In this document: in pieces, positions 25,892 to 36,020 of the stretch | Layout of the letters: the number at the start of each line of letters is the position of its first letter | Position numbering within the stretch: position 1 is the stretch's first letter | IMG/VR virus record: IMGVR_UViG_3300032782_000001 | Coordinates: 1-64,000 of that record | Direction: 5' to 3' (one strand) | DNA length: 64,000 bases | The notes under the pieces: model-generated | What the model was told of the DNA's origin: nothing | Seen by the model: the letters and a program-made list of their open reading frames with translations, nothing else | The model's database searches: none | Translations under genes and position numbers: made by a program

Positions 25892-27001
25892 ATGCTCACG
25901 AACATCAACGAGATCGATCAAGAGACGCTCATGCGGGTTCTCCGCTTCACGATCAAGTCGGGGGGCAATCTCATGACCTTCGGGCCGGCCGGCATCGGCA
26001 AGACCGAGATGGCCATGCAGGCCTGCAAGGAGGAGGGTTACAGGTTCGTCTATCTGAACCTGTCCGTCCTCGAGGCTCCGGACATGGTGGGCCTGCCGCA
26101 GGTCCAGGATGGCAAGACGAGCTATGCTCCGCCGGAGACCATCCCGCTGCGCGACGACAACCAGAAGAAGGTGGTGCTGCTCGTGGATGAGGTCGACAAG
26201 GCCAAGCCCGAGCTGCAGAACCCCTGCCTCGAGCTCTTCCAGTTCCGCGCCATGAACGGTCGCGAGATGAACATCCACAGCGTCATCGCGACGGGCAACC
26301 TGCCCGACGAGGGCGCCTTCTCGCAGCCCGTCAGCCACGCGCTCACGAACCGGTGCCTCGTGTTCAGGGTCACTCACGCCTTCGATCCGTGGCTGCAGTG
26401 GGCGACCGGCCCCGCGGCGGTCCATCCTCTCATCGTGGGCTTCCTCAGCAAGAACCCGGAGTACCTGCTCATGCCGGATGCCTCGGGTGACACCACGGCT
26501 TACTGCCATCCGAGCCCTCGCCAGTGGACCCTCGCCGCGAAGGACCTGGAGCACACGTCGACGGCGGACCACATCGACTTCCAGACGCTCCTCATCGCGG
26601 GTCGCGTCGGGACGGCGGCCGCCGTCAAGTTCCGGGTCTGGCTGGAGCACTACCGCCACGTCGAGCCCCTCATCGAGGCGCTCGTCAAGAAGGGCGAGCA
26701 CCCGGACATCAAGAACATGGCGATCGACCGCCAGTTCGTTTGTGCCCTGAGCGCCGTGGGTGCCATCGCAGCCGAATGCCGCAAGACGCTCGCCCCTGGC
26801 AAGGACAAGGAAGAGCAGAAGAAGAAGACCCACAAGTACACGGAGAACGTCTTCACGTGGCTCGGGAAGCTCCCCTCGGAGTTCGTCATCGGGGCCGTCA
26901 AGACGGTCCTCAACATGAAGATGATCCAGGACTACGACCTCACGAAGATCGCTCCGTTCATGCAGGAGTACATGAAGGTCAGGCAGGCCTTCAAGGACTG
27001 A
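25892..27001 (+). CDS. MoxR-family AAA+ ATPase
   Basis: Walker A GPAGIGKT, Walker B LLVDE, sensor ATGN, Arg finger ALTNR. Confidence 0.88.
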   Translation: MLTNINEIDQETLMRVLRFTIKSGGNLMTFGPAGIGKTEMAMQACKEEGYRFVYLNLSVLEAPDMVGLPQVQDGKTSYAPPETIPLRDDNQKKVVLLVDEVDKAKPELQNPCLELFQFRAMNGREMNIHSVIATGNLPDEGAFSQPVSHALTNRCLVFRVTHAFDPWLQWATGPAAVHPLIVGFLSKNPEYLLMPDASGDTTAYCHPSPRQWTLAAKDLEHTSTADHIDFQTLLIAGRVGTAAAVKFRVWLEHYRHVEPLIEALVKKGEHPDIKNMAIDRQFVCALSAVGAIAAECRKTLAPGKDKEEQKKKTHKYTENVFTWLGKLPSEFVIGAVKTVLNMKMIQDYDLTKIAPFMQEYMKVRQAFKD

Positions 27002-27154
27002 TCTAGTATTCTCATAATCTTGACAAACCGAGTCTGCGTTAAGTTGATCTTATGGAAACAGAAGATCCTTCGCAGACTCGGATCGACGTCTAATTTCAGG
27101 AAGGGCAATCAAGGACTGGCACGGAATACTCCAGGTAAGATGAGATGTAATTGA

Positions 27155-27379
27155 ATGCCTCATGCCTGGATGAAGTATGAATCTGCAAACGCATACCGTC
27201 CTTACGGAGAAATGACTGGCACATACTTCCGTTTTGTATGTGCAAATTGTGGCCAAACCAAGATGCGAACAGATTCTCCCGAGTCTGATGAACGTCTTTG
27301 GACCAGCCCTTCTTGGTCCCCAAATGCCGTCCTGATGTCTTGCGAAGAAATCGTAGTTCTTGCAGTCATGGACTCTTGA
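27155..27379 (+). CDS. VMES-tag protein, HxW/CxxC type
   Basis: ends CEEIVVLAVMDS. Confidence 0.8.
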   Translation: MPHAWMKYESANAYRPYGEMTGTYFRFVCANCGQTKMRTDSPESDERLWTSPSWSPNAVLMSCEEIVVLAVMDS

Positions 27380-27465
27380 ATGGCAGACATTCAAGCCGTC
27401 AAGGATTGACTTAAATTCTGAGAGTCTCCACGTATGTAGGTTCCAGGCCTTAGGAGGGCCATCTA

Positions 27466-28428
27466 ATGACCAAGGCAGCCGCTAAGCAGTCCGTTGTCAC
27501 CAGCCTCAATCAACTCGAGCATCTCTTGAGGTCTCAGGAGACTTCCACTCCCATCACGGACGTAGCACTCTCGGCTGCCGCTGCCAGGGAGATCATCGAG
27601 AAGTGGGGCAAGGGAAACAGGCCTGTCTCGGATGTGACGGTCCAAAAATATAAGGGGGATATGGAGAACAACCGCTGGCGTTCCCATTCCCCCATCGGGT
27701 TCGGTGTGTTTCCGGACAAGATTCAGATTGGCGATGGGCAGCACAGGCTCATCGCACAGGACAAATCCTCCACCACGCAGGTCTACAGCGTTCAAGCATT
27801 CTCGGATAGTGACGAGTTCGAGGTCTTCGTCAAGACGGTGGACTCTGGGAAGCCCCGGAAGTTGTCGGATCTCTTCAGCATCCTCGAGACCTTCCCCCCG
27901 AATCAGTCCGCTCGGGCCCAGGCCATCACCAATTTCATGATGAAGTTTAGTGACATCAAGCTCACTACCGAATCTCAGCAGGACAAGGTGGACTATGCCA
28001 CTAGTCACCTCAAAGCCATCAGGTTCGCTTCCAGCCTGAACTCGAAGGAGTTCCAATCTCACGTCGCCGCGGCAATCGCCATCGCTCACAAGAAGCATCA
28101 GCGTGTTGTCGAAGCATTCGTGGATGCTGTTCACTCTGGTGTCGGCCTTGCAGCTGGTTCTCCAGCTCTCGTATTCAAGAATGCACTCAATGATTTGAAT
28201 TGTATCGCGCTGACCAACAAGAAGGAGGTCAAGCCTCGAGATCGTGCAATGGCAGTGACTTTGCGGGTGATTTACGACCACGCTCGCAACAAGAAGACTT
28301 CACACGTCAAAAAAACTCGCACGGACTCGAAGTACCTCCATGAGGTGATTACGTATTTCATCTCTTCGGATGTCGCTGACCAGTATCTGGCTCGGCATGC
28401 CAAAGAGGACACTTCTCACACTCCGTGA
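27466..28428 (+). CDS. ParB/Srx-fold protein with DGQHR motif
   Basis: IGDGQHRL. Confidence 0.7.
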   Translation: MTKAAAKQSVVTSLNQLEHLLRSQETSTPITDVALSAAAAREIIEKWGKGNRPVSDVTVQKYKGDMENNRWRSHSPIGFGVFPDKIQIGDGQHRLIAQDKSSTTQVYSVQAFSDSDEFEVFVKTVDSGKPRKLSDLFSILETFPPNQSARAQAITNFMMKFSDIKLTTESQQDKVDYATSHLKAIRFASSLNSKEFQSHVAAAIAIAHKKHQRVVEAFVDAVHSGVGLAAGSPALVFKNALNDLNCIALTNKKEVKPRDRAMAVTLRVIYDHARNKKTSHVKKTRTDSKYLHEVITYFISSDVADQYLARHAKEDTSHTP

Positions 28429-28435
28429 GGTATTG

Positions 28436-29365
28436 ATGGACATCAGGCATGTTCCGATTGAGGTCGACGACATCGTCGTCGACCATGACGTCATGATCCG
28501 GGATCGTTTGGATGAATCCTGGGTAAGGGAGCTCGCTGCCCTTTACGAAGATCGTCATCAGATCGATCCGATTCTTCTCATGAAAGACAAAGACGGAATC
28601 ATCCGCTTGGTGCACGGATTCTATCGGGTGGCCGCGCTGAAAATGTGCGGCCATTCCGGTACAACTGCAGAGATCCGCGAAGGTTCAAAGGATCAAGCCA
28701 TTCTTGCTGCATGCAGGGTGGACCATCATGGGTTGAGGAGGACTATTCAAGAGCAAAAGAAGGCAGTATTTCGGGTGAAAGAATCAGCCGAAATGAAGAA
28801 TTCAAGTAATAGGGCCATCGGAATTTATTGTGGTATTCCGGAGTGGGCCGTCGTCAAAATTCTTTTGGGCGAGGAACCTATCCTTGGTCCCAGGGTTTGC
28901 CATGTTTCAGTTCCTGGCGAACTCCCTTTGAAGAAGAACTTGACTGCCCTCTACGCGAAAATCGACTCGGCTCTCCGAGCTAATCCGAGCATGAATAGCA
29001 CGGAAATCAGCAAACTCTTGAAGTGCAACAGGGCGCTCGTTGCGAAGAGGCGGATTGAGATCGGAGTTCCTCAGGCTAACTTTCCGGGAAAGGCAAAACC
29101 TGAAGCTCGAGCCAGTATCATTGAATTACTGAAAAATAACCCCAAAAGGACTCTGGCTTCTATTGCTGAAGAGGTGGGAGTAGCCCCGTCCACTGTCAGT
29201 GGGATTAGGGACAAGCTACTAAAGGAGAAGAAGGAACAAGACGAGAAAAAGAAGGAACAAGCCCCGGCTCCCTCTGATGAAATGCCTTCGGCTCCCTTCA
29301 GGAAGGGAGCCCAACCCGATCCTCGCCTTACGTTCCAACAGTATAAGGTACGTTCAGGATCTTGA
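28436..29365 (+). CDS. ParB-like N-terminal domain plus HTH motifs
   Basis: PILL...LVHGFYRVAA; HTH-like SNRAIG and TLASIAEEVGVAPSTV. Confidence 0.75.
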   Translation: MDIRHVPIEVDDIVVDHDVMIRDRLDESWVRELAALYEDRHQIDPILLMKDKDGIIRLVHGFYRVAALKMCGHSGTTAEIREGSKDQAILAACRVDHHGLRRTIQEQKKAVFRVKESAEMKNSSNRAIGIYCGIPEWAVVKILLGEEPILGPRVCHVSVPGELPLKKNLTALYAKIDSALRANPSMNSTEISKLLKCNRALVAKRRIEIGVPQANFPGKAKPEARASIIELLKNNPKRTLASIAEEVGVAPSTVSGIRDKLLKEKKEQDEKKKEQAPAPSDEMPSAPFRKGAQPDPRLTFQQYKVRSGS

Positions 29366-29578
29366 TTCAAGACTGGTTGCAAATCAATGTATATCCGAAG
29401 TTACCGTCGATGGACGGTTCAAGGACTGACGATCCCCTGAGGATCGCAAAGGAGTGGCGTTCGCACGTCACCTCCGCTCGCCTCGGAAGGTCTGGAATGG
29501 GCCAGATCTTCCGAGGCTGAGCCTTGTCGTGTAAGATCGTTCCGATTATGCACAGGAGATTGTCTCCTCGGTGATGCC

Positions 29579-29833
29579 TTGAAGGTCTTTAGGGAGAAGG
29601 ACCCGAAATCGGTCCAATGTCACCACGTCTACACCACCTTTGAAGTGGTACGGGAACAAGGACGATGTAAATATAAGGCATCCCGGTTCTTCATGTTGAT
29701 AGCGCTGGGGGCGTACTACGGATTTTGTAGGAAACATTGGAATGATGGTGAGAGATTGAATTCACCAGGAGAAACTCGGGCCACGGAGATCACCCGAGAC
29801 CAATACGTCGTCCATGAAATCATGGACTCTTGA
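29579..29833 (+). CDS. VMES-tag protein, Zn-module type
   Basis: ends YVVHEIMDS. Confidence 0.75.
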   Translation: MKVFREKDPKSVQCHHVYTTFEVVREQGRCKYKASRFFMLIALGAYYGFCRKHWNDGERLNSPGETRATEITRDQYVVHEIMDS

Positions 29834-29899
29834 AAGGCAATTTGGCGTCGATCCGCAAATTCAGCGATCCGACGCGTATCGATCTGTGGAGGTGACGAA

Positions 29900-31387
29900 A
29901 TGCAGATGTCCGATGTCTCCAGGCTGAAAGACCCGAAGCGGGTCTGCACGAAGGAGGACGGGTCTTACGACCACGCCCGTCTCGCCCTCTTGCAAAAGAA
30001 GGTTTCCGACTGCATGACGAAGATGTTCCGCAAGCCCGAGGGCGGCGGAAACCCCTTCCTCTACGCCCTCACCCTGCCCAAGCCGCACGAGCTCGCCATC
30101 GAGCTCCCCGGGCCCAATGGGAAGGACTTCCACACGGCTGCCACCGACGGCAAGAAGTTCTGGTGGCACCCGGACTTCCTCGAGAAGCTGGACTCGGAAG
30201 AGGTGCCCACGGTCATGGAGCACGAGGGTTATCACGTGATCCTCTTCCATCCGCAACGTGGCGTGGGGACCAACCCCCGCATCTTCAACTGGGCGATCGA
30301 CTACGTTGTCAACGCCATCATCGAGACCAATCACAAGCAGCTCAACCGCAAGGGCAAGCTTTGGGGCGGGAACCTCGGCGAGCCGCTCTCGTTCGCGGAT
30401 CTTCTCTCGTACATCGATGGAAATTCGGAGCTCCCGAAGGACAAGAATTCCATCTTCGTGGACGTCTCGCTTCACGGACGGAGTCCGGAGTCGATCTACG
30501 AAGAGATCATGGATCATTGGGACAAGAGTCCGCGCAAGTGCTCTCTCTGTACGTGCCTGTCCATCGATCCGAAGACTGGCAAGCCCATCCACGCCCTTCA
30601 CGGCAAGAGCCCAGTGCCGCCGGAGAAACCGCACGACCCCCACTGCGACGGGACCTGCTGTCCCAAGTGTGGCGTCAAGTCGGACCCGCTCGGGTCGATG
30701 GACGCTCACATCCCGGGCGCCCTGACGAAAGATGAGGTCATGGCGGATATCATGCGCGCCAGGGACCAGTCGACGGCCATGAGGGGCACCGTTCCCTCCG
30801 AAGTGGAAGATGCGCTCAAAGAGCTGATGAAGCCTACGCTGAAGTTCACGGACATCGTCAAGTCCTGCTTCATGCGCAAGATCCAGGATGCTGGGATGAA
30901 GAACGACTGGAAGCGCTGCCGACGCCGGTGGTTGGCCTCCAATCCCAAGCAGTATCTCCCGAGGCGCCACACTCATCGGCCCCGGTGGCTTGCGATGGTG
31001 GACACCAGCGGCTCCATGCAGGACGATGATCTCCTCTACGGAATCTCTCAGCTCAAGGTTCTGGGAGACAACACGGAAGGTTACGTCATCCCCTGCGACG
31101 CATCTCCGAAATGGGATGCCATGCAGAAGATCGACAAGGCCACGGACCTGCAGAGGACCAAGATCGTCGGGCGCGGAGGAACGGTCTTCGATCAGTTCTT
31201 CCAGGACTTCCCGAAGAAGATCGGGACGGACTTCGACGTGGTGGTCATCATCACGGACGGAGACTGCGGGACGATCCCCCTGCACCTCAAGCCGCCGTGC
31301 GATGTCGTCTGGGTCATCACCCGGACCATGAAGGAGTATAAGCCCAGCTTCGGACGCGTGGCCCCGCTCCGCCCCTCTCGGATGTGA
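29900..31387 (+). CDS. DUF2201-type putative metallopeptidase with VWA domain
   Basis: TAATDG, HExxH (HEGYH), MIDAS DTSGS, GGT, ITDG; cassette-led. Confidence 0.88.
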   Translation: MQMSDVSRLKDPKRVCTKEDGSYDHARLALLQKKVSDCMTKMFRKPEGGGNPFLYALTLPKPHELAIELPGPNGKDFHTAATDGKKFWWHPDFLEKLDSEEVPTVMEHEGYHVILFHPQRGVGTNPRIFNWAIDYVVNAIIETNHKQLNRKGKLWGGNLGEPLSFADLLSYIDGNSELPKDKNSIFVDVSLHGRSPESIYEEIMDHWDKSPRKCSLCTCLSIDPKTGKPIHALHGKSPVPPEKPHDPHCDGTCCPKCGVKSDPLGSMDAHIPGALTKDEVMADIMRARDQSTAMRGTVPSEVEDALKELMKPTLKFTDIVKSCFMRKIQDAGMKNDWKRCRRRWLASNPKQYLPRRHTHRPRWLAMVDTSGSMQDDDLLYGISQLKVLGDNTEGYVIPCDASPKWDAMQKIDKATDLQRTKIVGRGGTVFDQFFQDFPKKIGTDFDVVVIITDGDCGTIPLHLKPPCDVVWVITRTMKEYKPSFGRVAPLRPSRM

Positions 31388-31399
31388 TTTGCTGATATA

Positions 31400-31426
31400 T
31401 GGCAGGGGTCGTTACGACCCCTGCCA
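31400..31426. repeat. TGGCA-N17-TGCCA palindrome, copy 4
   Basis: TGGCAGGGGTCGTTACGACCCCTGCCA. Confidence 0.8.
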
Positions 31427-31444
31427 TATACTGGGGAGGTAACC

Positions 31445-31741
31445 ATGGACGACGAAGAGGACTACAACTCGCAGCCTCCGCGTAATTTCCGTCAGCGTCT
31501 ATCGATGAAGATCGGTGCCTGGTCAGATGGGATGGACGGGATTCGGACTCGAATCTATCATTTCGAGTCTGGCTGTTTTCATAGACTGCCTTTGCCATCC
31601 AGGGCTGTAAGGTGGTTTCAGAACCTTCTCGTCCGAATTTCATTTGCAGTAGATGACATCTGCCCGGAGTGCCAATGTTCTCCGGGTCATTCACGCGAAT
31701 GTTCGAAATACTGCCCTGTCAAGTACGTGATGGAATCTTGA
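31445..31741 (+). CDS. VMES-tag protein
   Basis: ends CPVKYVMES. Confidence 0.75.
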   Translation: MDDEEDYNSQPPRNFRQRLSMKIGAWSDGMDGIRTRIYHFESGCFHRLPLPSRAVRWFQNLLVRISFAVDDICPECQCSPGHSRECSKYCPVKYVMES

Positions 31742-31743
31742 AC

Positions 31744-32070
31744 ATGAACCTTGCAGGATCTCCCAAGCTTGTCGCCAGCCAGCTGCGCAAATTCTTATCG
31801 TCGGCGCGTATCGTTGCGTCGGAAGTTACTGATCCTGTAATCTGGGAGGCGGTCTGTAAGGACCCGAGCTTTTCGGGTCTCATTGAGACGGGTGCAGTAG
31901 CAAGTGCTTACCGGGCTCGGACCCAATTTCTTGGTAGGGACCGGAGGGATTTAACGGTTTACGTCTTCGTCAACTCTCTTACCTTGGATATTGTCGTCCA
32001 TTTCCGGACGAAAAATGCCATGCAAACCATCGTCAACAATGCGGTTATCCAATCCGTAATGGAATCCTGA
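31744..32070 (+). CDS. VMES-tag protein
   Basis: ends VIQSVMES. Confidence 0.7.
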   Translation: MNLAGSPKLVASQLRKFLSSARIVASEVTDPVIWEAVCKDPSFSGLIETGAVASAYRARTQFLGRDRRDLTVYVFVNSLTLDIVVHFRTKNAMQTIVNNAVIQSVMES

Positions 32071-32072
32071 AC

Positions 32073-32426
32073 ATGACCATGAATCAAAGGGACTTCGCGA
32101 ATTCTGATCAACCCCAAGAGCCCCGGCTCCGTACCAGGGAGTACCAGCCCCGGGACCCCAACCGTCCTCAGGACGATCGTCCTCGTCCTCCTCGCAGGGA
32201 CAGCCAGATCATCCTCACCGCCCGCGCCATCGACACGCAAAACGGCGAGGCCATGGTGTTCGAGTTCAAGGTCTGGATGTTCAAGGTCTGCTGCATCGTG
32301 AACTTCCCTCGATACGAGGACGAGAAGACCGCTCCTGTGTACGTCCGGCTGAAGCCTCTTCATCGAATCGAAGCCGATGATGTGGTTCAGCCTTCGGACG
32401 AGTTCCACCTCGCTGAAAATGGCTGA
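32073..32426 (+). CDS. hypothetical protein
   Basis: GC3-rich ORF. Confidence 0.75.
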   Translation: MTMNQRDFANSDQPQEPRLRTREYQPRDPNRPQDDRPRPPRRDSQIILTARAIDTQNGEAMVFEFKVWMFKVCCIVNFPRYEDEKTAPVYVRLKPLHRIEADDVVQPSDEFHLAENG

Positions 32427-32958
32427 ACCCTCTTGTTCCATCCATCCCGACGAGAAAAACTTCTACCTCTATGAGGGGAAGAAACCTCGTTGCAAGTCTT
32501 GCGTTCGGGATGGACTCAAGAGGTCTCGTCTAAAGAGGAAGCAAGCCGCCGCGTCCGCGGGGGTCTCGGCGGCGCCGGCATCGGCCGACGCCCCGGCCCC
32601 CGTGGCGCGGGCGCCACGCGCGGAGAAGCCCAAGCCCGCGCCCGCGCGGCCCCATCCGGCGGCCCCGCGGGCGCGCGGCTCGGTCCAATATCAAACCAAG
32701 GACCGGAACGCTCCTAACTATTGGAGCGTCACTTGGGGTAGACCTCCTGGAGGATGGCAGGGTCCTCCTTCTACGTCTCCGGACGCGTGGGGTCCATTCA
32801 AAGGGATGACGGACGACGAGATCCGTTATCGGAAGACCCTGCGCGGCCAGCCTTATCTGGCTCGGGGGTCAGCGTGGGTGTCTAAGGATGAATGGGACGC
32901 CCACGACAAATGGCTTGAGGAGTACAAAGTCAACCTTGCCAATAAGCACAATCGGTGA
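32419..32958 (+). CDS. hypothetical protein with Ala/Pro linker
   Basis: ORF track. Confidence 0.7.
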   Translation: MAEPSCSIHPDEKNFYLYEGKKPRCKSCVRDGLKRSRLKRKQAAASAGVSAAPASADAPAPVARAPRAEKPKPAPARPHPAAPRARGSVQYQTKDRNAPNYWSVTWGRPPGGWQGPPSTSPDAWGPFKGMTDDEIRYRKTLRGQPYLARGSAWVSKDEWDAHDKWLEEYKVNLANKHNR

Positions 32959-33017
32959 GGTTGTAAAGCCGACAGAAATCGCCGGGCTCGGCGCGTATCA
33001 GACAGTGGAGGTGACAC

Positions 33018-33374
33018 ATGGCTCGTACGCATTCCGATCAGGCGAAGATGGCGGTGGTTCTCGACGTGATGGAGGTGTCGGATGCCTTGAAGGGCAAGTC
33101 CTTCTCCATCACCGGCCATCTCGGTCGTCCGCGCCCCGAAATCGTGGAGATCATCACGAGGGCGGGCGGTCGTTTCGAGGAGAGGCCCAAGAACCTCTGG
33201 GGTAAGGATGCCTATCTGGTCACCAACGCCGACTGGACGAAGAATTCCATCAAGGGGAAGGTCTCGTCCAAGTTCGATGAGGCCAGGCGCAACGGCATCA
33301 AGATCATCTCGGAGGACGAGCTCTACAAGATGATCATCGACAACGACCCCAACATGAAGGACGAAGCATCGTGA
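33018..33374 (+). CDS. stand-alone BRCT-domain protein
   Basis: GKSFSITG...GG...YLV...SSK..A...GIKIISEDEL, LigA-type BRCT pattern. Confidence 0.85.
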   Translation: MARTHSDQAKMAVVLDVMEVSDALKGKSFSITGHLGRPRPEIVEIITRAGGRFEERPKNLWGKDAYLVTNADWTKNSIKGKVSSKFDEARRNGIKIISEDELYKMIIDNDPNMKDEAS

Positions 33375-33745
33375 GACAATCCGATGCCGTCGCAGCAACT
33401 GTTTGCTGCTCGGTCGCCATCGGTTTCTTAGCGGGCACGTTCATCAATCTGGCAGGGAAGACCGACCGCGGCGATTTGCCTCCAGTGGCTTCGCACTTCG
33501 AAGTGCGAATCCATGTGGTCGTGGAGACTAATACCCACTACAAGAAACTGTGGGAGGAGGCTATGCGTGTCGTAGACGACTGCGTTGCTACTCCTCCGAA
33601 GAACAACCCGGTGAAGCTAGTTCTCATGGGAGACGGCGTACCGGAGAATCCTTGCGATAACGGGCGTCTTTACGGACGTCGGGACGGCAAGAAGGGCAGT
33701 TCTCTCTACATCTGCGAAGAAGGGAATTGGAGGCCAGTCAAATAA
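33371..33745 (+). CDS. membrane-anchored hypothetical protein
   Basis: N-terminal hydrophobic helix. Confidence 0.7.
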   Translation: MRQSDAVAATVCCSVAIGFLAGTFINLAGKTDRGDLPPVASHFEVRIHVVVETNTHYKKLWEEAMRVVDDCVATPPKNNPVKLVLMGDGVPENPCDNGRLYGRRDGKKGSSLYICEEGNWRPVK

Positions 33746-34012
33746 GCCTCAACTGACTTCCGCGAGGAGGACCGCGAGAACCCTCAACACCGCGAGGTTT
33801 GAGACTTAGAACCGGGTCAAGTCAAGAATACCGAACAACATCTACAGAGCATCGTAGGGGTCCGGTAAGTTGTTACGGCCAGCTAATTGTTGATGGCGGC
33901 CCGGTTAACTTGCATTGTGAAATGCAAGTTCCCTGTGACCTAATAAATAGTCCCAGGCGCCCGGCGTGACGTAAGTCCGCCGGGCTCGCGCGTATTCGGA
34001 TCCGGAGGTGAC

Positions 34013-34318
34013 GTGATGCGAGACACGACGCGAAGCTTCTTGATCATTGCGAAATGCGGGCGCTTCTATGCCTGGGACTACGGGTCCGGAAATACGCCCG
34101 AAGAAGCTGGAAAGGAATTCATCGGCATCCTCGAATGTGGGGGCGACATCTGGGAGACCGAAGACGGAAATCTTCCGGAATCTCTCATCAATGAGTTCTA
34201 CGAGATCATTGCTGAGGTAGACGTCACCAACCTCAGCCACGAGTCTATCGTGACTATGGCCGAATTTCTCAAGAAGATGTCTGACCTGAGCGTGGTCGAA
34301 CAGGTGATGGTGGCCTGA
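34013..34318 (+). CDS. VMES-tag protein
   Basis: cassette-led; ends VVEQVMVA. Confidence 0.8.
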   Translation: MMRDTTRSFLIIAKCGRFYAWDYGSGNTPEEAGKEFIGILECGGDIWETEDGNLPESLINEFYEIIAEVDVTNLSHESIVTMAEFLKKMSDLSVVEQVMVA

Positions 34319-34368
34319 TCGACGTAAATTCAACAGGCTCGTGCGTATTGACACTCGGAGGTGATGCG

Positions 34369-34809
34369 ATGGCGCAGCGGAGCTTCGTGGATTTCCGTCT
34401 CGGACTGTCCGGTCAAGCTTGGGCAGTGCTCCATTTGTTGGATGGGGAACCGAGCTTTGCTCCATTCAACCTGACCACCCACGAGTACGAGCTCGAAATC
34501 AAGACTTCGGCCTTCTACAACGGTCGGGAACGCGGATTTGTGTTGGATGTTCAACACAGCTTCCTCGACAATCGGGATCACCTCTACGTGGTGTGCGCAA
34601 ACCAGCGTAGCTCGGACAGTCTCGTCATCTACAAGTGGACGGGTCCTCTACGCATGAACCCTCCCACTGTTGCCGACCTGACGGAACAGGTTTACAACGT
34701 TTTCTTGAACTCGCCCGAGGAAGCTGCTAAGCGCATTCGGGAGATCATCGGCGACTACTTGGACCGAGAATCGAAAGAAAAGACCGTCGCATCCGTCATG
34801 GAATCGTGA
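34369..34809 (+). CDS. VMES-tag protein
   Basis: cassette-led; ends VASVMES. Confidence 0.85.
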   Translation: MAQRSFVDFRLGLSGQAWAVLHLLDGEPSFAPFNLTTHEYELEIKTSAFYNGRERGFVLDVQHSFLDNRDHLYVVCANQRSSDSLVIYKWTGPLRMNPPTVADLTEQVYNVFLNSPEEAAKRIREIIGDYLDRESKEKTVASVMES

Positions 34810-34810
34810 A

Positions 34811-35245
34811 ATGGTCTCCGAAAAGAACAGGTGGACTCTCGATTGGGTCCGTGAGAGAGTGCGACAGAAACACCATCGCATCCTTACAAAGTATCTTTTG
34901 CGTCGCGACCAGGCTGTAGCAGACGATCACCTTGCAGCAGGATGGTCGACCGATCGCATCGTGCGAGAGGGATTCGACGTAAAAGAAGGACAGACAGCAG
35001 TGCCGCAAGCGGCAATCAAGTGCTTGAGGAATTGTTCTGACCTTGATCCTCGCGTCGTACGAGACGTTGTCTTGCAAAGCAAAGATTTCAAACAGCATTT
35101 GGCGTTTGAGGCCGCGCTGAAGAAACTGTTGTTGCCCACTACCATCGACACACGAGGCTATTCACCCGAACGTGTCTCTCTTTTGAGGGAAACATGGATC
35201 GAGATTCGGAATCGGAACACGATTCTTGAAGTCATGGAATCATGA
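34811..35245 (+). CDS. VMES-tag protein
   Basis: ends TILEVMES. Confidence 0.8.
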   Translation: MVSEKNRWTLDWVRERVRQKHHRILTKYLLRRDQAVADDHLAAGWSTDRIVREGFDVKEGQTAVPQAAIKCLRNCSDLDPRVVRDVVLQSKDFKQHLAFEAALKKLLLPTTIDTRGYSPERVSLLRETWIEIRNRNTILEVMES

Positions 35246-35294
35246 CCGGCGTAAATTCGATCGATTGCGACGTATTGGATCGTGGAGGTGACGA

Positions 35295-36020
35295 ATGGAC
35301 CCCGATGCGGAACGTAAGTATTCGTTCGTCGTAGACAGTGACTCGTCTGAGGAAGGAGCGCGCGATGCGCTTCTGAGTCTACGTCGTACGATTAAGCTCG
35401 GCAAGCTCGCTGAGCGCGCCCTGCTCAACATCAAGACTCACGGTCACCATAATGGCCGCGTCCTTGTCATGTCCGGCAAGCCCGGCTATGGGTCGGATAT
35501 CTCGGAGTACAGGTTCCCTCAATATATCAAACCGACGCGTGAAACGGTCCCCGGATACGGTCAATACGAAGTTATCCTCGGCAATCTTCATAACGGCATC
35601 CATGGCGATGCTGTTACGAAGGAAGTTCTCGTCATTCTGAAATGCCAGGGGTGGAGTGCAGGATCATGGGATCCGGTTCACCTCAAAGTCGGAAACGCTC
35701 GCGTCAAGACTTCTGACGAAGTGGTCTTTGTCCATGACCGAACGTGGGGACCCGACCTCCCAAACAACAGGACCATCTCCAAGCTCTACACGCGAGCCAC
35801 AACCGAGAAGGCTTTGGAAGCATACAAGGAGATCGCCGTAACTTTGGCTTGCAATATCATTCGCTTCAATCAAAATGACATCAGGAACCAATCCGTTCCT
35901 CAGGTCATCTTCGACACCCGGAAAATTCTCAGCCAGTGGCTCATCGAAGATGGTTTCATCGAGGAGTTCTGTCAACGCCTCCGCCGCACGGCACATGTGG
36001 CAATGGTAATGGATTCATGA
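35295..36020 (+). CDS. VMES-tag protein
   Basis: cassette-led; ends VAMVMDS. Confidence 0.85.
   Translation: MDPDAERKYSFVVDSDSSEEGARDALLSLRRTIKLGKLAERALLNIKTHGHHNGRVLVMSGKPGYGSDISEYRFPQYIKPTRETVPGYGQYEVILGNLHNGIHGDAVTKEVLVILKCQGWSAGSWDPVHLKVGNARVKTSDEVVFVHDRTWGPDLPNNRTISKLYTRATTEKALEAYKEIAVTLACNIIRFNQNDIRNQSVPQVIFDTRKILSQWLIEDGFIEEFCQRLRRTAHVAMVMDS

Noticed and set aside
25781-31285. Long antisense ORFs (25781-26833, 29861-31285; also 38914-40140 and 44909-45808)
   Set aside because: Shadow frames of GC3-rich real genes with recognisable motifs on the opposite strand.
33746-33950. Intergenic CCGCGAG x3 and AACTTGCAT/ATGCAAGTT hairpin as an ncRNA
   Set aside because: Too little consistent pairing and no promoter motif directly upstream.
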